DNA of 64,000 nucleotides, taken from assembly GCA_001643675.2 (NCBI GenBank), contig LSRY02000031.1:930001-994000 (forward strand). Direction: 5' to 3'. The notes below the pieces were generated by a model, which ran no database searches, was not told the origin of the DNA, and saw only the letters and a list, made by a program, of their open reading frames with translations. The number at the start of each line of letters is the position of its first letter. The stretch's first letter is position 1. Below are positions 38,859-50,147 of the stretch, in pieces. The DNA comes from Monocercomonoides exilis PA203. Lineage: Eukaryota; Protista; Preaxostyla. Made by a program: the position numbers and the translations under genes.

Positions 38859-39505
38859 ATCTGGAACATGTTTTTTTGAATGTTGAAGTTTATCCTAGAT
38901 AATCTTTCTCGTTTGTGAAATTTTGAAAATTGATGATAAATAATTTTAACAGAGTGTTTCATAACATTCTCCAATCGGTAAATATTTAGACACTTGGAGA
39001 CTTTTTGAAAAATTTGATACTTATCATTCATCTGTCAAAAAAAAAGCGACGAAAACATTCAAACGATAATAACAATTTCTTTGAAAAGAACAAAATTGTA
39101 TTCCAAAGCTTGCTTCGAAAAATCATTCATTATTTCATTATAATTTTGTTAAAAGATTATAACTTTATTTAATAATAATAAAAAACAACAGAATATTTTT
39201 CGATAAAATGTTTTGAAAAACTTCATACATATGCATTATTCATTTTTTTACAGAAAAAACTTGTCTACCTGAGTTCTTGAGAAATTCCCCAAAAATTTCA
39301 AAATTTCCATAGACAATTTCAAAATTATTTGGTTATTTCAAAATAACTCAATAATTGTGAAATTATTTTTTTATTTCACAATTCATCTATTATAACAATT
39401 AACTTCAACTTCGAAGAATGAAGAGGGAGAATTTTATGTTAAAAGAAGTTTATCTCATACACCAAAAATTATACCTTTGTCACATGACAAGTTATAAAAT
39501 CATTT

Positions 39506-39682
39506 GGGACAGAATTCTTTCATTTATGAAAATTTCAATGATTTGATCCAAACTTTTTCTTTAATCGAATGATTAAAATTCTAACACTATCGTGCAATAT
39601 TAAAAATAGTAATATAAAAATTGAAAAAAATCTTTGAAAAAACTGCATGAAACAAAATTCATAAAACAAAAAATTTAGTCCC
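39506..39682. mobile_element. MITE family B copy (177 bp)
   Basis: GGGAC...GTCCC ends, ATTT on both flanks. Confidence 0.85.
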
Positions 39683-39694
39683 ATTTGTTTGTCA

Positions 39695-39732
<38 letters not shown>

Positions 39733-40123
39733 GGAATAAACATTCAAAAATGTTACTCAATAAAAATTGACATTTTGAAATAAAAGAAAACTTGAATACG
39801 AATTTGAAATAATAAATATCCTACAAGAGGCTACTTTAGGGGTACACAATTTTTTCGTTAAATCCACGAATTAAAAGCAAAGAATGCAACACTAAGATAT
39901 TATAAATACATTAGGTGAATAATAACCAATTGATCAAACCAAAAAATGACTGAATGATTTTTTTATTCAAATCTTAAGTTTAACGATACTTTTTTCAAAC
40001 TTCACAAAAATGCTTTAATTGAGTTATTTTCAACCCAAACAATTGCATTTAGCACTTATATTCAAATTTCAAGACCAAAAAATGGCTTTTTATTGCTATT
40101 TAATAAATATTTCAGAAAAATAA

Positions 40124-40378
40124 GGGAGATTGTTTTTGAAATCATTTTTATTCTTTCAAAAATTTCGATTTGGAAATTGCTTTTGAATGTCAACAAATGA
40201 ACACTGAAAAGTGAGCAGGCATATTCAAGAACTCTTTATTTTAATTTCTGATCATGCATTTATTTTTGAAACAGTTGTGATAATTCAAGCTTTTGAATGC
40301 AAAATCTCTTCCGAAAGGCAAACAATCTTTGAAAAATAAATACACATAAAAAAGTTATGATTTGAAAAATAATGACCC
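40124..40378. mobile_element. MITE family C copy (255 bp)
   Basis: GGG...CCC ends, ATAA on both flanks; body is reverse-complement-similar to 38604-38858. Confidence 0.8.
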
Positions 40379-40630
40379 ATAATTAAAAATTTCAATTTGG
40401 GGGACAGTTGTTTTTGAGAAAGAAAACCATTAAAAAGTTGAAGGATAAATAAAACATATAGTCAACATCAAAGAGCGTTAATGAAAGTTCACTTGAAAAC
40501 ATTTAGCCTTTGCATAAAGCTTATGTTTAATTTTTAAGTACACTTAAACAAGCATTTTACCATTTAGAACGATGCATGTGTTAATTAATATTAAAGCTGA
40601 TTTTGACAACAAACTCGGATTTTAATATAT

Positions 40631-40835
40631 GGCTGATCCTTTTTAAAATCATTCTTTCGTTCGAGTTTTGATCAAAATATTTATCTCAATGGGATTTTTG
40701 TCAAAATTTGTTTATGCAATATCAACGTCATGAACAATATGTATTACCAGTTAAAGTTCATTTTTTCAAAATCCCTTTTCGAAAAATTTAATGATCAAAA
40801 CTCGAATGAAAGAATGATTTCAAAAAGGATCAGCC
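40631..40835. mobile_element. MITE family D copy with ~45-bp TIR
   Basis: GGCTGATCCTTTTTAAAATCATTCTTTCGTTCGAGTTTTGATCA ... TGATCAAAACTCGAATGAAAGAATGATTTCAAAAAGGATCAGCC; ATAT on both flanks. Confidence 0.9.
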
Positions 40836-40857
40836 ATATTGAAGAAGATTACTAAAT

Positions 40858-41031
40858 GGGGCAAAAATTTGCATTTATGAAAAAAACTGAGATTTGTACC
40901 AAACTTTTTCTTCAATCAAAATATTTTTTATCAACAGTTACAATGCAAAAAATTAATGAAAATTTTTGAAATTGAGAAAAATATTAAAATTCAGAATGGA
41001 GCAATATTCTTAAAGCAAAATATTGTATCCC
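40858..41031. mobile_element. MITE family B copy (174 bp), followed immediately by a partial second copy at 41036
   Basis: AAAT|GGGGC...ATCCC|AAAT|GGGGC... Confidence 0.8.
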
Positions 41032-41599
41032 AAATGGGGCATAATTTTTTCATTTATGAAAAAAACCATGTTTTGTTCCAAACTTATTCTGCATTCTAGT
41101 CATAATGTTTATAGTCCAAAGAAACAAAAAAAGGAATTGAAAACCATTCCATAATAAATGTTTATTTTGAGTTTTAGAAACAATTCAATATAAAAAGAAA
41201 TATTTGGAAAAGGAATCAAAAATGAGCGACAAAGATTAATATTTGTATTTGCAAAAATGAATGATATGATAATAAACATAATCGAATTGTCCGAGTGACA
41301 TTTGAAGGTTTGTATTTATGAGCGATATTTTGTTCGAATAAGTTATTGTTGAATAAAGAAAAATTAATCATTCAAACGGAAATTGAAAGTCGAAGCGATA
41401 ACCATGGGAGATTCAGAATTCAATATTTTTTTTCAGGAAATGAAAAAAAGAAAAACCACCAGTTTTGCTTTTTTGTCTTTCTTCATCTCCTTTTTTTTCT
41501 TTATTATATGTTAAACGAATATTTTCAGAAAGAGTACTGCTGTAATCCGAAGCCAGTGGTGTTTATGGCCTTCTTCAGATTTGAAAGAAAAGATGACAT

Positions 41600-44256
41600 T
41601 GTTGAAGTTGGTGGATGAATTAACGAAAAGTGAACTGAAAGAATGAAACGTGGCATGCGTGGTGGAATCTGTATTGGATAAGAATGGGCAAGCAACGATA
41701 CGGAAAATGAATGGGTTGGAGGAAAGAGAGATGAAAAGATCGTCTTCGTTGAATTCGATGGAATTTGAGATGAAAAACAGAAGCTTTTCTGGTTGGAGTT
41801 CGTGTTCTTCTACATCTTTCTCGTCTATTCGTTAATATTCCATTTCGTATTCTTCGTCATTTAGAACAGGCTTACTGCGGAAGTCTCTTGACATTGGGGC
41901 GATGATGCAGATTCCAAAGTCAGTGACATCATTTCCACTCCTTCTCTTGCATAATCATCATCGTCGTCTCCAACAGTGTCATCGTCTTCATCTTCTTCTA
42001 TAGCCTCCTCCTCTTCTGATCCATCGATCCTCTTCAATGTGGTTCATTTTTATCTCCTATCAGTTCTTACGCTTCGGTCGAAAAGGCAATTATTCATTCA
42101 AATTAAGAGGCACCAGCTGGAGACGATCTTTTCAAAATAGTTCAAAGTGACTCTATCAAGCAAATCTTTCACGCCCACCACACATTGGTCTGCTCCATCA
42201 TCAGCTTCTTTGTTGTTGTTGTTTGGCAAGCATAATGCGAGGCTCCAACCAAAGTCTCCTTCATCTTCCTCTTCCTCTTACTCTTCCTCTTCATCCTATT
42301 CTTCTTCTTCTCTCGCCTTCCTGCGACAGGCCATCTTCTTCGACATCCACTCAGCAGCGGTACCGCTGAAACTCTTGAATCTCTCTTTCTTGCTCTGCTC
42401 TGCTTTTCAGATCATGTTTCAGTTGTAGCCTCGCTCCGCACTCGTCTCATTGCGCATCTCATCCTTCTTGCAAACGAAGTTGCCTCCTTATTTTGAGCTA
42501 TTGAGATAATCCGCTCAGCAGACTCGCTCTATTCTCAGATCTCTGCTTTTGGCACCGAGAATAGCAATAGCAATTTTGATGGCAATAGAAATCCTTATGC
42601 AAGTGATGATAAAAGTTAATCGAGATATTCTGCAAATAGCAGGAAAGGCAACAACAACAACAATGCAAGCAGAGGAGGGGAACATGAGGAGGAATGTGGG
42701 ATGAACAATACAGCTTCTATTCGCAATCTTCTGTTTCTTCTTGGCAAATTAGAGCCATTTTGTTCCAGAGAACAGCAAGATTTTTGTGAGAATTGGACAA
42801 TCACACAGAATAACCAGACATGAGCAACAATGAATTCTCATCGGCAACCGTGTTGTATTAGGTGGTATGTATTTTTTTATTTATTTGTTTTGAATTGAAA
42901 GTGATAAGAATTTTGATGTTTGTCTGCTCATATTCTTTATGATCCTTTCTAATATATAAATACGATCTACCTTTTTAATTTAAAACAATTAACATTCTTT
43001 TTTTAAACTTCTCTTTCTCCAGGAATCTATCCACCCCGGACCTTCTCTCCATAGAACGCACCTTTCTTTCATCTGCTCTCATACTCCACCTCGTCCTCTT
43101 CTTCATCGTTCACTCAATCTGATCTGCAGAAGACAAAGTTTCTGTGTATATCTTTTTGCTCTTGTCATTCTTCGTCCGCCTCTTCAGCCTCGTCTCTATC
43201 GTATTCACTGTTCTGGACCCTCTTCTCAGTGCTTGCGCTCCAACTTTCCCAACTTGCAATTTTTATTAAAATGCTTTTAGTATGATTTATTAAATTATAT
43301 ATGAAATATCATTATAATTATCTTTATTGTCTTTGAATTCTTTCAACAATATGAAAACATTTTGTTTTATTTTTATTTATAATTGTTGTTCTTTTAAATT
43401 TTCTCATTATTTTTTTTAGAAATCAACCTCTTCTCTCTTATGACACTGCCTTCTTTTTCTTCTCATCATCTGTTTTATCTTATTTTCTTTATACTTCATC
43501 ATTATTTTCTTTTTCTTTTTCTTAATCATCTCGCTGACATTTATCTCGCAACTCCCCTCACTTCTCTACTCCAGCATGGCAATCATTATCTTCCTCATCT
43601 TTCTCATTTGAAAGCAGCTTGTGCCCTCGTCTTGATGATTGTGCAACTGATGAAAATTTTTCAATGCATGTCCATATTAAAGCAATCACCACATTGTTCA
43701 ATGCTGAAGAGGAATAGTTCCTGATTATACCTCTAATAACTACATTGCGAAGTTCCTACCAATTGAAATGCTCGAAATGATTTGGTTAATCAAACATGCA
43801 AATGGAGAAAATGAGAGCAGCCAATGCAACTATTGCCAGAGACGATGATATGAAAAGAACTTCAAAAACAAAACCAAAATGTACTGCTATTCATGCAAAG
43901 AGTTCATAACAATCTATGCCTTTTTCATCTTCAACAGGCTCTCTCGTTAAGCTCTCCTCCCCGCTCACAAGAGATGCGTGTTGTGAATAAAATTGATGAG
44001 GAAGATGTGTCTTTTAGACAAAGCTGAATTTGGAGGAAGGATTCTGCTATGGAACCTAAGCATGCTCAACTCTCTTGAAGAATTGAAAAGGTCAGCCAGA
44101 TTGGATAGGGATTATCCGGTTTCTTTCTTTTTTGATATAACAGCGAGAATGTTGGCATCCTGTAGCAGATGTGTGAATAGATGGTGTCTTCATTCGAAGA
44201 AGCGTCACAGTTGTTCATTTCTCCAATAACGATGCTTTAACACTTTGATGAAGCTG

Positions 44257-44321
<65 letters not shown>

Positions 44322-46900
44322 AGAAGAAGAAGAAGAAGAGGAAGAGGAAGAAGAAGAAGAAGAAAGAAGAACTGGAGCAGGAATACAACAGCAGAAGCAA
44401 TTCTGTTAATTTTTCAAATGCATCTTATTCAGGGAAAAATGGAAGACGGAAACAAGATGAATGTTAGAAGAGAAGGAAAAGAGAAAAAGAAAAAGAAATA
44501 GAAAGGAGTCAAGAAGTCAAAGCACCTGGTTTCGGTAAAGAATATACTTAAAATGAAAAATAATGTGATCGTGATGCAAAGCAAGCGGCTGTTCGTGTGG
44601 CGCTCCATCATCTTCTCCGTCCGTTGTGACATATTCGACTAAACATGCATCGACTTCATCGTCAAAAGCACCATCTTCTGCAAACTCATCACAATTGATA
44701 CCAGCTGTGTGGCAAATGTGTGGAAGGTGGTGGCAGGGTTGATGGCTTTAAACTTTACTTTTCAGCTCTTCAACTCTCACTCTGTACTTATCTGGAATAG
44801 AGTGAGAGACAGCTTGTCTGTTACAACTGCGGAAGTGGAGAGTTATATCAAACAACAACGATGGGATCAACTTTGAAAATGCATACGCCCCATCTCACCC
44901 ACTGACAGGCGATTGTGATATGGTGAATGCGATCATCCCTTCAAACTTGCGGCTCGTTTTCACAGTCGGTTGGAGGAGCCACGAACACTGTGTTGAAAAG
45001 CCTCAGCTGCCTCTAGAGTCGAATATCCACCTTTCGTTTAACTCAGCGAAAAAGTCTATGCAGCCCAACGTCCTCATTTTTGATTCAACGTTTGCATTTC
45101 AAAGCTCGAAGGAGGAAGTGGAAAGGGAGTAGAGACAGTATACGCTGCACCTGACGGAAACAAAGAATGAGAAAGAGCAGAATGGCTTCTTCTCTTTCGA
45201 GGTTGTGCGTTATACAGCTGGTTATTCACAGCTTGTTATTCCCTCTTTTTCTACCAAACCGTCTCAGTTATCGATAAATGTGTGCTCGTCCACCAAAGTC
45301 CCAAAGCACATATTCTTATGTCCAATCACAAATGGAATGTAAAAAAGAGATGTGACAATTGAATCGAAAAGCTTTACACCTCTTTTTGAAACAGCATCTG
45401 CTGAAGGATTAGTTGTGTTGCAGCACTTAGGCAACAGCTTTGTTAAAAACAGCTTTTGATCTCTTGTTAACATCTGAGGAAGCATATGAATAAGAAGACG
45501 ATGGAGGAGAGGAGAAAATGAGAAAGAATGAAATTTAATAGACAGCAATGAAGATGCTTGCATAATTGGAGGTAGCTGAACAGGAAATTGAGGAACAACA
45601 GTAGATGAGGAAAGCAGAAGACAGCAACAATGAACACGACACAGCCTATGCATTGTTTTCTGGGAAAGTGCAATAGCTTCTTCTTTCTGAAGAGAACGAG
45701 ACGGACAAAAAAGGAGAGAAGGACAATGATGAACCAAATAGATTTAATTTGCTTGATTTACAGAATTTAACGAAATTCCTCCCTTCGACTCATGCATCAT
45801 TTTACACAGTAGCTGGCTCACTTCTTCAAACAGACAAAACTGCTCTTTCATACAAATTTCGGAGTGAATAAGGATTCATCTTCTTTATATTCTGCGCTTC
45901 CGTCAACAATACAGCCACACGACTCATTTTTTCATCTTCCCAGCCTTCAAAATAAGCACAGAACACACAATACACATTGACACATCCTATTTTGCAGCTG
46001 AAGAAGAGAGCACGATGCATCACGAACTTTATCAACCGATCTTTGCGTATCTATCGAGACGTGCACTTCACGTTCGTTGCAGATGGCAATATCCGCTTTT
46101 GTAATGCTCTTCAGTCTCAGCTGCTGATTGACATTTGTTCTCGACCGAAGAAAGGAGAAGGGATTATTTCTTTGTTCGAGATTCCTGTCTAGGAATTAGA
46201 CAGAAAGGCAATTTGACTAAAGAGGAAATTTTTTCTAATGGCATTGTTATCGTGTTCAAGTTGATAACTTCTGCTTCTCATCAAAAAAGCCGTAAGCTTA
46301 AATCGAAATTCTGTGCCTTGGATTATCCCAGAATTCTTCATTTTTCTTGTTCGTTCAAATTTGCCTTTCGTGTTCGCAAATGATTCATCGTATTGAAAAG
46401 CCCTTCCTGTACCTCTTCTGCTCATTCTGCATCCGCTTCTTCTGGTTGCCTGTTCTTCAAAAGGCGATATGATGTTGTTTGAAGAATTTGAGCTTCTTAA
46501 CAGCAACTCTTCTTTGTACCAGGCACTTCAGCAATCCTGCTCTCTTTTAATCTCTTTTCCTTTCCTTTTTCTGACTCTTCTCTTTTATCTGCCTTTCTTG
46601 CTCTCAGTTTGGGGGAATTGCTGTAACTATCATATCTGTCAATTACTGCAACATCTTCTCTTTAAACGAATGCTTATCCAGCATTATATCTTCTTCTTCT
46701 CTTTCATTGTTATCCTTCTCTATTTCTTCTGAAGTGAATAATATGAAGCAGCAGAAGATATGTGAGAAGGGAATAGTGCAGCAAATGATTAATTTCAACT
46801 GGAGCTTAAGCTGGAACTGGAGGATCAACGTGACTGAAGTAAATCTTAAGAAAAGTTCGAAAAGACTGGATTGTTACGGATGGAGAAGAAAAGGAAAAAT
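41600..46900. pseudogene. Mosaic of decayed, unidentified coding fragments
   Basis: GC above the intergenic background, triplet-like Ser/Glu runs and intron-like AT blocks, but frequent stops and no family I can recognise. Confidence 0.35.
44257..44370. repeat. Poly(A) run grading into (GAA)n
   Basis: About 63 A followed by GAA triplets. Confidence 0.9.
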
Positions 46901-47019
46901 AAAGAGTAAGTTTTTGTACTCAAAAAAGATATTTATTTTTTCTCTTACAACAGCATCATTGACAGATACAAGCTTTCTTTATTGTTTTATCACACTTTTT
47001 TGAAACCATAAGCAAAAAT

Positions 47020-49671
47020 ATGGAAAACGAAATCTATTGCCATCCATATTACACTCGTCCACGCGCTACAAAAAGCCGTCATGCAAAAGAAATTTTTGAA
47101 AAAATACGAGATTTATCCTGCGATGATCATGAAGGGTGCTTAATGCACTTCCTTTACCATTCCAAATTGGGAAAGCCCTTCCGCGAAGCTGTTGAAGCTG
47201 TTTCGTTAAGTTTTGTTTTTTTATTGTTTTTTTTTCATTTCTATGATTAAATATTTGATGAAACAATTTTATTTATATATTTTTTTCCATATTGAAAGAG
47301 AAAACTGCAAAGATTTTAAACAATCTTGCGGATCTTTATAAAACGCCCGGGAATTCGGATCGCGTTTCAATTCTTTCTTGTGCTTCTTCCGTTTGTTCAA
47401 TGGCAGAGTTGAATGAAAACGGTTTTTCTCTTTCCCGAGGGGAATATTACTATTCCCGGGAAAAGAGAAAAGAAGCCAAGATTCTCGGAAAAAACTTAAA
47501 AGACGAAAACAGCTCCAACAATGCAGGTTATTATAATTATTAAATTTATTGTTATATATAATGTTTTAATAAATCTCCTGTTTTCTATTAATTTTCATAC
47601 ATTAACAACAACAGATCGAAAAATTGACGTGGAAAATTGGCTGATGAGCCATAGCTCATACAGCTGCCTCAACGAACGAAGACGAAATAAAAGTGTGTCT
47701 TGTTTTTGATATTTAATTTTTAATGTTCAATTTTTATTTTTGAATATTAAAAAAACAGAAAAAAAGATTAATAAAGAAAAAAATGAAGAAAAGATGAAAA
47801 TTGATGATAGAAAATATCAAAAAGAAAAAAAATATAAGATTAGTGATAATAACAAATCGAAAAAAATAACTTCTTCTCAAACTTCTTCTCAAACTTCTTC
47901 TCAAACTTCTTCTCAAACTTCTTCGCCATCATTTGAAATAATAGATAATGAAGAAAACAATAAAGAAAAGGTGCTTGAAAATGAAAAAGTCAATAAAAAG
48001 AAATTGAAATATTCATCATGTTTTTTAAGAAATGAGAAAAGGATTATTGAAAATACAAAAAAGAATTTATTTTTTGAAATGAAGAATGAAATAGATATTA
48101 AAATGGCATATTCAACTTTTTGTAAAAAAACAAAAAATTTTAAAAAAGCAAAAAGGAGGACTGATTTGTGTGATGTGTGCGAGAGAGGAAATTATTTGGA
48201 GAAGAAAGAAATAGAATTGAAAAAGAAAAACTTGTCTTTGAGTTTTGAAGAAAAAGAAGAAAAGGAATTAATTGAAAAACATAAAAAAATGGCTCAATGC
48301 CAGAGAAATTTTTTTTATTTATCAAGAAATAGCATGAAAAAAAATGAAGTTTCAATAATTATGGACTTCAAAGAAAACTGGGCATTGCCCATAATGATGA
48401 AAGAAACTGGTCGTAGCTTTTACGACAAAAAGCAAATTACTCAATTGTGTTTTATTGTTTTTAAAGTTAATAAATTAAACATTTTGGAAAAACATTGTTT
48501 TAATTTTTTTTCAGAAATTTTATCTCATGATTTTTGTTTTGTTTGTGAATGCATAACTCAATTATTAAAATTTGATTTATTTGAAAATGTTAATTTTTTT
48601 CACTTTTTTTGTGATAATGGACCTCATTTTAGAAACTCTAATATCCTTCATTTTTTGTTTTCAAATTCTTCTCCTTTATTTTATAATAAAAAATGTTCTT
48701 TATCTTTTTTTGCTGAGCATCATGGAAAAAATGATTGCGACAGCGAATTTGGTCATTTGACTAATTTATTAAATAATAATTTAAATAATACTGTTTTAAA
48801 TACTTTAGATGATTTAATTTCTTTTTTTAATTCTAATTATAATCACAATAAATTTTTAAATAATAATTCCAATTTTTCTCTCTCCAATTTTTCTTCTTTT
48901 AATAATGATTTTTTTCAAAATTTAGAAATTAATAACGACTCGGCTGGAATGGAATTGGAAACTTTGCAAATGAATAAAGAGAGCGAAAATAATTTTAATA
49001 CAAAACATTACTTTTTAAAGTGTGATGTTTTCTTAACAAATTTTTTTAATAAAATTTTTTCATCATATTTTTTTTTCAGACACGAAACATTATCAGAAAC
49101 AAATTGGGGCCAGCTGGTAATATTAGGTATGAAAAAATATTTATATTTTGAAAAAAAAGAAAGAGAATTATTTGCTTCACCAATAAGCTCAGAAAATTTT
49201 GAATATATAAAAAAAATATAATTCTCTGAAAAATTAATAAAAAATGAAAAAATTAGAAAAACATTCGAAAGAAAAAATGAAAAAGACAAAGAAACAGAAG
49301 GAAATAATAAAGTTGGAAAAACAGTGAAAAAAATTATAAAAGAAAGATTATTTATGATCGATTCTGTATTTTTTAACAGATCTGAGAATTTTTCTTCTTT
49401 ATCAAAAAATGATTTTTTATATAGCGGAACAGCAGATATGGAGCGACAAAAAGAAGGTATGAAAGGTATGTCAGAAAAAGTTAATTTTCCAATTTTTAAT
49501 AATTCAAATAATTCTCAAAATAACAATTCATTTTTATTTCCCTTTTTTAATTCCAATTCTGATTTTTCTAATTCTTTTTTAAATGAAGAAAGTGGCTCAG
49601 GTATGTCATTTAATTCTAATAATTCATTAAATATTGATATTAATAACAACAGCATGGAAATTGATTTTTAA
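47020..49671 (+). mobile_element. Sola2-type DDD transposase gene, multi-intron, with an in-frame TAA at 49219-49221
   Basis: TDLCDVCE, H...A..QR, IIMDFKEN, FY...QIT, LSHD, FFCDNGPHFRN, FFAEHHGKNDCDSEFG: the DF.EN / DN...F.N / HGK..CD pattern I associate with Sola2. Probable introns near 47210-47298, 47527-47614, 47693-47758 and 49020-49079. Confidence 0.7.
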
Positions 49672-50059
49672 AAATCTTAAAACAAAAAATACAAAGAAAT
49701 TTTTTTTTATTCTTGCTTATCTAATGATAACAAATTAAATTTGTTTGAAGACGTGACTGAATCCTTCCTGTTTTTGTTTTATTTATTAGTAAAATAAAGA
49801 CTTGCAGGCTTTGGATCCAGATTCAGTCTCCCAGGAGAATAAAAAATAATTTCTCAATATTTTACGAAAAAATAATAAATTTTTAATATTTTTTTTTTTT
49901 TTGTTTTTATTCATTTATTTTTATTTTATCTATTTACTATTTTCTATTTTTTCACCCACTATCCTCTCATTCTTGTTTTATTTTATTTTAATATTTTTCC
50001 TTTGATATAATGTTTTCCTTCATTATTACAGGCATAGGATTATGGGTGGAACAAAAGTC

Positions 50060-50081
50060 CAAAGGTGAAATATTTCGTCCC
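50060..50081. mobile_element. Candidate right TIR of the Sola2 element
   Basis: AAAGGTGAAATATTTCGTCCC|AAAT resembles the MITE family A end (GAAGGGAAATATTTTGCCCC|ATTT at 62393). Confidence 0.5.
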
Positions 50082-50147
50082 AAATATGGTTGTGGAAAAA
50101 AGAAACTTAAGGTTTAGATCAATATAAAAATCTTTGAAAAATTGAAA

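Noticed and set aside
40399-40561. Additional GGGGG-started MITE candidate with ATTT flanks
   Set aside because: The right end lacks a convincing TIR and no second copy is visible in the window.
43700-46500. Possible retroelement (RT/RNase H) remnant
   Set aside because: No YxDD or other diagnostic motif could be read.
49219-49221. In-frame TAA as evidence of TAA=Gln recoding, as in some oxymonads
   Set aside because: TAA/TAG terminate conserved genes here (RPS15A, PAC2, BIVM), and long ORFs contain no internal TAR codons.
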